NCBI GenBank assembly: GCA_000708835.1
Contig: DF237663.1
Span: forward strand, 1-41,175
Reading direction: 5' to 3'
Source of the DNA: Klebsormidium nitens
Taxonomy: Eukaryota; Plantae; Klebsormidiophyceae
Length of the DNA: 41,175 bases
The translations under genes were made by a program, and so were the position numbers. Below, piece by piece: positions 33,712-41,175 of the stretch. Under the pieces are notes generated by a model that worked only from the letters and a program-made list of their open reading frames with translations, did not search any database and was not told the DNA's origin. Position 1 is the stretch's first letter. The number at the start of each line of letters is the position of its first letter.

Positions 33712-36700
33712 ATGGCCCCTTTGGCGGGACCTGGTGGGGCAGGTGATTTTGCAGTGCCCGGACCGCCAGGTGCACTGGTTGTAGGAATGCGGAAAGCCAA
33801 TGACAACGAGGAGGCTATTCTGGTCACTGTGCGAGTGCGTCCGCTTAGTTCGCAAGAGCTTGCAGAGAGGGACGTGGCAGTGTGGCGTTGCACCGACGAA
33901 AAGACATTGACATTCATGGACCACGTTCCGGAGAGGTCACCTTACCCATCTGCTTACGCCTTTGGTGAGTTGACAGTGTAATAATGCCTGCAACAGACCG
34001 TCTTGTGCAGTAAAGGAGGATGTGGCATGTTTTGGTGAGAGTTTACCCGCTTACTTTAGAGTTCGAGGACTACTTGCAGCTCGCTGCTAGAGTACACATA
34101 GAAGAGCATGCGGAGACATGGCGGCAGAAACAGCATTGTCAGAGAGACCGATCAGAAACATGCTTTTGCATTGTAAGATTCTTTGTAAAGCTTCTTCCAA
34201 TTGCAGGACTATCTACTGCATAACAATTGGACGTACGGTATTGTACCCATGCTATCTGCAGAATTGTGAAAAGTCTCTCTACTTGCCTCGGTCTGAGACT
34301 GACGGAGCTTATTCAAGTGATAAACCACATTCCTAATAATTGCAAACCACAAGTTGGGGGAATTGCTCTTCTCGGAATCTGCTGTATTACTCTTGATTTG
34401 ACAGACTGACATCTTGCTTGAGTAACAAGCCAGATTGTGTGTTGCAGATCGCGTTTTTGGGCCTGTGGCTTCATCAGAACAGGTGTATGCAGAGGCAGCA
34501 CGCGACCTTGTGCAGTCATCCTTGAGCGGTTTGAATGGTCAGTCCCCTGTCTTTGCACATCCTTTGAGGTCTGGTGGTGGGTTGCATGTGATCCGTTGCT
34601 GGTGTCCTCGTGCTTTGGCCTCACTATATTTGTCACTATGGCATGATGCGGCGGAAGCTGGTGCTAGTATCTGTGAGTTGATTCTCTGCATAGCCTGTGG
34701 AATTTGATGAGCATGAATCAGTGGTTCACTTTCTACTGCAGCCACGGTTTTCGCATACGGTCAGACAAGCAGTGGAAAGACCCACACAATGCGGGCCGTG
34801 TCGCGGAGTGCCGTGCAAGATATTTTTGAGCACATACAACGGGTGAGATCATCAATGATGCTGCTTCTTTCGGCAGAGAAGGACACTCTTACAATGCAAC
34901 CTCTGTAATGTACACTGGCAGCCTTAGCTTGGGCTTAAAAGCAAGTCTTCAGTAAGATTGGTGGCCGCATCACATGGGACGGCATGCAGGCTCATGCAGA
35001 TGCAGCGCATGTGTCGCTACTCGCTTTAGGACATTGTGGACAGCTTAATGAGAGTGACGTACGCGCCCTTGGTTCTGCTGTTTCTGAGGAGGGAATGGAC
35101 CCCCAGGGATATAAGCGTAGCTGCTTCTATCAGCGTGTGCCCGTTCATGTATTTGATTGGTTTTGATTGGTGTGACTCCGTCTGTGCAGACCCCACAGCG
35201 GGAGTATCTGATCCGCGTGTCTGCTCTGGAGATTTACAACGAGGTGGTGCGTGACCTGCTGCGCCCTGACAGTGGCCCGCTGCGCTTGCTGGACGACCCT
35301 GAGCGCGGCACAGTTGTGGAACGCCTCGCCGAGGAGGTTGTTCGCTCAAGCGGCCACCTCTATCAGATTCTGGAAGACTGTGAAGGTCAGCCTGGCTTTG
35401 GGTGGAAGCAAGAAAATCTACGGGGTTCGAACGCCAACGTTAAGGAGGGCTTCTGGAGCGGACATGCGTGATTTAGTCAACTGTTTCGCAGTGACAACGT
35501 TTCGTGGAGTAGATTGATATCAGTCACCGATGATGTCGTTGTGAAGGTTCGCCGAAGTACACAGGAGACCAAACATATGAAATGGATGCTGAAAGGGTCT
35601 CTTTCTCAGCACCTACTTTTGTTCTCATCGAGTGGGGTGCCTGGTGGGTGCAGCGCAGCGGCAGGTGGGCGAGACGATGCTGAACGACAACAGCTCGCGG
35701 TCGCACCAGATCATTCGCCTGAGCGTGGAGAGCTGCCCCAGCATGGAGGAGGGCATGGTGGCAGGGGCGGGCGGCAGCCACGTCCTCATGAGCGTGCTCA
35801 ACTTTGTGGACCTGGCAGGCAGTGAGCGCGCCTCGCAGACGCTGGCAGAGGGGGCACGGCTCAAGGAGGGGGGCCACATCAACCGCTCCCTACTCACCTT
35901 GGGCACAGTCATCAGGAAACTAGGGTGAGGGGCAGACGGGACAGCACCATAGCACATGACACGGTGTTACAATTACCATTCTGTTGTGTGTCCTGCACTG
36001 GCAGACATTCGCCAGCCGCTTATCTCCCAACCTGGACCCACATGTTGCCTTTAGATCTGATGAGGAGGGAGATATTGCAAACTTGATGCTGACAGTACAA
36101 CTAGACATGTATTAAGAGCTCGTCCGGAAGGGTGTGATCTGCGAAGAAGGGAGGGGGAGTACAGAGGCAGTTGGCTGTGTCCCGGCTGGTCTGGTCCTGC
36201 GTTTTTCGCACCTTTTCAGCCTTCCCCACCCTCTGGGCTGCAGAGAGAGTAACAAGCTACGGCGCGGTCACATCCCATACCGGGACTCCAAGCTGACGCG
36301 GATTCTGCAGCACTCTCTGGGGGGCAACGCGCGCACGGCCATCATCTGCACCATGAGCCCCGCGCGCGCTCATGTGGAGCAGACTCGCAACACGCTCTCC
36401 TTTGCCACGCGGGCCAAGGAGGTCACCAACAGCGCGCATGTCAACCTGGTAAGCAGGCCTGCTGCCACTACCCCTTGACGCACTTGACAGTGTTTGCACA
36501 GCAGGCGGTTGTCTTCAGAAGTTACTCTTAACATCTCATGTTCCGCAGACGCTGGGAAGCTCAGGCTGGGCCGTTGTTGGGTTGGTCACCCCCCGCCCTG
36601 TGTTTTTCGGTGCAGGTCGTCAGCGACAAGGTGCTCATCAAACGGCTGCAGCGGGAGGTCGCCCGGTTGGAGGCAGAGCTGGCCGTGGCAGCCAACCCTC

Positions 36701-39700
36701 GGGAACTGCAGGCGCGCGACATCCGGATACAACAGGTCAGCGGGTGTATAGAGCTTGCGCTGCAGTAGAGGCTGTTTGGCCATGGACCAGCCTTGGAAGC
36801 TTTCTGCAGCTTACCTGACCTCTCCGCTTGTGGTTGCGCGCGGGTCCTTCGTGCAGCATATCCTCCGGGTTGCACGTGTGCGGGGCCTTTGAGCAGGCGC
36901 TGAGCGGCGCTGGTGGTGTGCAGATTGAGATGCAGCTGCACGAGCTGGTGCGGCAGCGGGATGCCGCGCAGGCACATGCACGCGAGCTGACCAAGGCCAT
37001 GATCAAGGGCGACAGGGGCGACGAGACCTCGCAAAAGGTAGGGACTTCTCCTCCGGAATTCTAGGGCCCTGAACAGGTTGCGATAACTTCGCCTCCAGTA
37101 TTGCCGGGCCACTGCCTGACGCACTTCAAGAAAGTCTAGTCCATGAGGAGCTTGCACCCCTTTCAACGTCCATTGTTCGCCCTTTCAGGCGACCAAGTCT
37201 TGGAGCCCGGATACTGTAAAGAAGCTGCTGCGCCGATCAGGGAAGAAGAAAAAGACTCGGCTTGGGGCACCCGACGACGTGAGCATCGAGAGCGCGCCCC
37301 TGTTCGGCACCAGCGCGAGCCGCTTCCTGGAGTACAAGGAGATGCGTGAGCGGCGGCGGGAGCGACAGCGCGAAAGGGAGAGGGTGAGGCCGGCAACTCG
37401 GGAGCCGCTCTTCAGCGGAATGACGGGCTGCCCCGGTCCTCTCTCGTGCACTGTATGCATGTGATGCGGGCCGTTCTGTGGAGTGCAGTCCTGTGCTGAG
37501 ATTGATTGTTGTCTGCCATGGGTTGTGGCGTGCAGGAGCGGGAGGCGGAGGCGGCCGTGCTGGACGGGGAGAAGCGCAAGCTGGAGACGATGCACGAGCG
37601 GCTGGGCCAGGGGGCGGACGTGGCAATGCAGGCGCTGCACAAGGAGATTGAGTGCCTACGGCTGGCGCAGGCCCAAGCCGTGGTGGGGGGCGCCAAGTCC
37701 GCCGACATCGCAGGTCAGCGCTGGGGCCGGCCTCTCAAGGGGGCTTCTGCTGGAATGAGTGCCCTTGATTGTTGCTAAAGCGCAGACGAAAATCCGAAGA
37801 CGGACCATGGGTTGCCCGGCCAGTCCTGCATTCCGGTCCCCGTCTGATTGCTCTGTGCGGCTACAAACGTGATGACCCAGTTATTTGGTAACCCGAAGTA
37901 GCCCGGGCCACAGCTGGCATGCTTGTGCTCATGCGGCGCCTCTTCTCCGTGGGCAGGCATGATCGACAAGCTGCAGGCGGAGCTGGAGGGGCTGCAGGCG
38001 GCGCAGGCGGCGAGCGTGCCAGAGGAGGACGCTGGCGCAGAGGCGGCCCCGGAGGGGGAGGCCCCCCCTGGGATGCGCAAGGCGGCAGTGAATGCCAGCA
38101 TGGAGCGGATGATCCAGCTGCTGCGGGATGAGCTGGCGCGCCTGCAGTCCGCCACCAAGGCGGACGAGAAGGCGGACCAGGAGATCAGTGCACTCGAGGA
38201 GAAGCTTGAGAGTACGTGCGCCCTGCCAACAATCACGTGTGTGAACTTGTTTCGAAGGACTTCTTTTGCCCGGCGTAATACTTTTCAATGCACAAGTGGT
38301 CATTGTTGGACGATAGTCGCCTGTGCTCGGTGGTTACCGCCCTGTTAGTCAACTGGAGCTCCGCCAGGCGGAAGGAACAGCTTCAGCATAGCCTGTGCTT
38401 TGGTGAAACCGAATTTCTCGTTGAGTACCCATAGTCATCTTTTGTCACGGCTTCTGCGGCCTCTGAACAGGAACGCCCTCCGGTGCTTGCTCACAGGCCG
38501 TGACGGAACCTTTGAGAGTCTTTGAAGCATCACCAAATCCTCCAAGAAGCCGACAACTTGGAAGTGGAACAACAGAGCATGCCGACTCGACCAGAATTTC
38601 CCCTGCTGGAACCTCTCTGATGTTTCTGCCCCACCACTCCCTTCAGGTGCCCAGCTCTCACTGGACAAGTTCTATGACAGCGCCACTCCGGGGGACGACC
38701 CGCTGCTCTCCAGCGGCCGCCGCGTATTGGCGCCCCGCTCCCCTGGCGGGGCCAATGCAGCAGGCCCGCCTGCCTCGCCGCGCCTGCACCGCCGCTCGCC
38801 GTCAGCAGGAGGAGCCCTCCCCGGGGGGCACCAGGAGAACGACGAGAACGCTCCGGGGGGGCAGGACAGCGGGCACTACAGCGCCCCAGAGGATGGCGAG
38901 AAGACGCCGCGACGAGGGGGCGCGTCGAGCGTGGATATCCGGCGCATGCAGAGCCTGTTCAAGACGGCGGCGGAGGAGAACGTGCGCAGCATCAAGAACT
39001 ACGTGACCGAGCTCAAGGAGCGGATCGCCAAGCTGCACTACCAGAAGCAGCTGCTCGTCTGCCAGGTGAGGGGCGCGCAGCAGGCACACACTCCCAAGGA
39101 CGGGCACCAAAGCGGGGCGCAAGGGGCATCCCCGAAGCGACGGGCCCGCATGAAGGGGGTTCAGCTTAGGGAAATTTTGTCGCTGAGTGTTAACTGGTGG
39201 CTGGGATGCAGGCACCCACAAGATGGTGCCTCGGCAGACTAGTCTCACCACCCTTGATGCCTCCAGTTTGCAGGTTTAGCCACTGGAACCCCTTACTCGA
39301 TTGAAAGGATGCAATGAGGGCTTCAGGGACTGCTGAGATTTAAAGCTCCCACTGATGGCCCTCTCCCAATGTTCCGCTGGCCAGAAGTGCTATACTCAGG
39401 GGTGCCACATTCGATCTCTCGACCTTGACAGGTGCACAAAGACGTTGCATCTTCGTGTGCGCATGGCAGGTGTTGGAACTGGAGGGCGCGGCGCGGCGCA
39501 GTGGCGAGGAGAGCGAGGGCCCCGCAGGCCTGCGGCCGGAGGTGTGGGTGGCGCGCTGCGAGGAGCAGACGGCGGCCATCGTGCAGCTGTGGGACATGTG
39601 CAACGTCAGCCTGTTCCACCGCACCCAGTTCTACCTTCTCTTCAGCAGCGCGGCCGCCGCGGACCACGTGTACCTGGAGGTGGAGCAGCGGCGTCTCGAG

Positions 39701-40225
39701 TGGCTGCGCGAGCAGTGCCTGCTCACCCTCGAGGACGGCCACGACGAGCCCCGCGCCATCCGCGGCTCCCTCAAGCGCCTGCGCCACGAGAGGTACGTGC
39801 ATATAGCAAAGAGGCCCACTGCGCAGGGTCAGAGGCCGGCTGTTACTGTTGCATTGAGTCGTGCATGTAGGTTCGTGTCTGGAGCCGCAGCTTAAACGTT
39901 GGGGCTTAGCTGACCTTTGGTGGTCTGGCGCAGGGACGTCTTGGCCCGACGAATGCGGGACCGGTTAAGCGACATGGAGCGCGGGCTCTTGTTTGAACAG
40001 TGGGGGGTGCCGTTGACCTCCAAAGCCCGGAAGCAGCAGCTGGCTGCGCTGGTGTGGAACAACCCCTTCGATGCCAAGCATGTCCGCGACAGTGCCGACC
40101 TGGTGGCGCGCCTCATGGACTTTGGAGACGCCTCCACGCTGGTGCCAAAGGAGATGTTTGGGCTCAAGTTTGCGCAGCCAGGTCGGAAGAGAAACTGGCT
40201 CATGCGCATTGCATCGACAGGTTGA
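33712..40225 (+). CDS. NACK1: Kinesin-7 family, NACK1/HINKEL-TETRASPORE type, about 1003 aa
   Basis: 14 in-phase GT-AG exons: 33712-33964, 34448-34537, 34742-34842, 35190-35385, 35654-35924, 36244-36448, 36616-36735, 36924-37037, 37189-37383, 37536-37713, 37957-38211, 38647-39065, 39470-39792, 39934-40225. Motor motifs: [70 protein letters not shown]-specific stalk [38 protein letters not shown] and C-terminal [19 protein letters not shown] (DUF3490-like). Confidence 0.95.
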
Positions 40226-40554
40226 CTACAATCTTCAGGAATGCTTGAATTGGAAATAATGCTTGCTAATAGAGCAATCAGTAGGGAGTTGCGACAGGAA
40301 TTCGATCACTAATATGTACATTAATATTGCTTTGACTTGCTTCTTTCAAGTCGTTGGCCAGCACGATCCTTTAAGCACATATGGCAAGTTTGGGGTTTTT
40401 GCAAATCTTCCAATATTGTCATGCTGTCGGGGCCCAACGGTGCACCTCAACGACCCTGCCGCGCTTCTCTTCATTCAGATGGTCACTTGCAATTTAATAA
40501 ACCCTGAGCCATATGCGTTGAGCCAGTGGGCAACGCTCCGGTGACATCCTGAGA

Positions 40555-41175
40555 TTAATGTACCGTACGGTTAGGAACTTGCCCGCGCGCGGGCCTGCGA
40601 TTTCGAAACCTGGGTGCCAGCATGTGGGTCACCGTCTTAAGTTCGGGTGGCTCAGTCGCTAATTAATTCGATCGACAATTGCACGTAGCACACTGAGTGG
40701 ATCTCCAATCTCCAATATTGGCGCGTAGTACTGGCATACAGCACATGATCGATGGCCGGAGAATTGACCCGCTACGTACATACGTATACATACGTTGATC
40801 AAATCATGGTCACTACGATGCACGAGATGATTTGCGTGATCGTGGACAGTGACTATGCTAGCGGCCGGCGCCGCCACTAACTAATTGAATTGCAGCGGCA
40901 GTTATATAGAGTACAGTCACTCAGTAGTTGAGTCAGTCAGGACGGTACAATCATTGAATACTAATTTGTCGATCGCAGAACATATATGTACTTAAGTTGC
41001 ATGCCATGATGGCGTGGTTTGCGACTGGTGCCTATATATACCGTACTGGCACGTGGCCGCGCGGTTTATACGTACATGCCCTATAATTGCCATATGCAAC
41101 TTACGATCGATGCACATGGTGTACTAGGGTATACGTAAAGACCGCCGCAGCCGGCCCACCCATGTGACGGTTGGA
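40555..41175. other. Palindrome-rich intergenic island D (3' of kinesin, runs off window)
   Basis: About 74 4-mer palindromes in 40681-41160 (about 15%). Examples: ACCGTACGGT 40562-40571, GCCCGCGCGCGGGC 40581-40594, CCAATATTGG 40712-40721, ACATATATGT 40980-40989. Confidence 0.75.

Noticed and set aside
36055-36092. C box (TGATGA) and D box (CTGA) in kinesin intron 5
   Set aside because: Only about 30 nt apart with no terminal stem, too short for a C/D snoRNA.
2848-40225. Non-canonical (GC-AG, U12) introns or repeated introner-like introns
   Set aside because: All 58 reconstructed introns are GT-AG without the U12 donor consensus, and I saw no sequence similarity between introns.

Overview
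Eukaryotic, intron-rich, GC-rich-exon genomic DNA that looks like a streptophyte green alga (Klebsormidium-like; inferred from gene set, intron style and codon usage, not shown directly). Five protein genes were reconstructed by hand, with reading phase consistent across all splice junctions: an ARIADNE RBR E3 ligase (-, 14 exons), an intronless SICKLE/MPLKIP-like gene (+), a plant-type importin-beta/karyopherin (-, 24 exons), a BIG-type Sec7 ARF-GEF (-, 10 exons) and a NACK1/HINKEL-type kinesin-7 (+, 14 exons). All 58 introns are GT-AG. The non-coding DNA holds the surprises: three short TIR elements of different types packed into 21.25-23.2 kb, a foldback element in an importin intron, two GTAC-dense hairpin clusters upstream of genes, and four non-alignable 'palindrome islands' (about 2.5-3x excess of 4-mer palindromes by hand count), each roughly 0.3-1 kb past the stop codon of a multi-exon gene. 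No tRNA, rRNA, CRISPR array or intact transposase was seen. Most entries in the ORF track are antisense or off-frame shadows of GC-rich exons.
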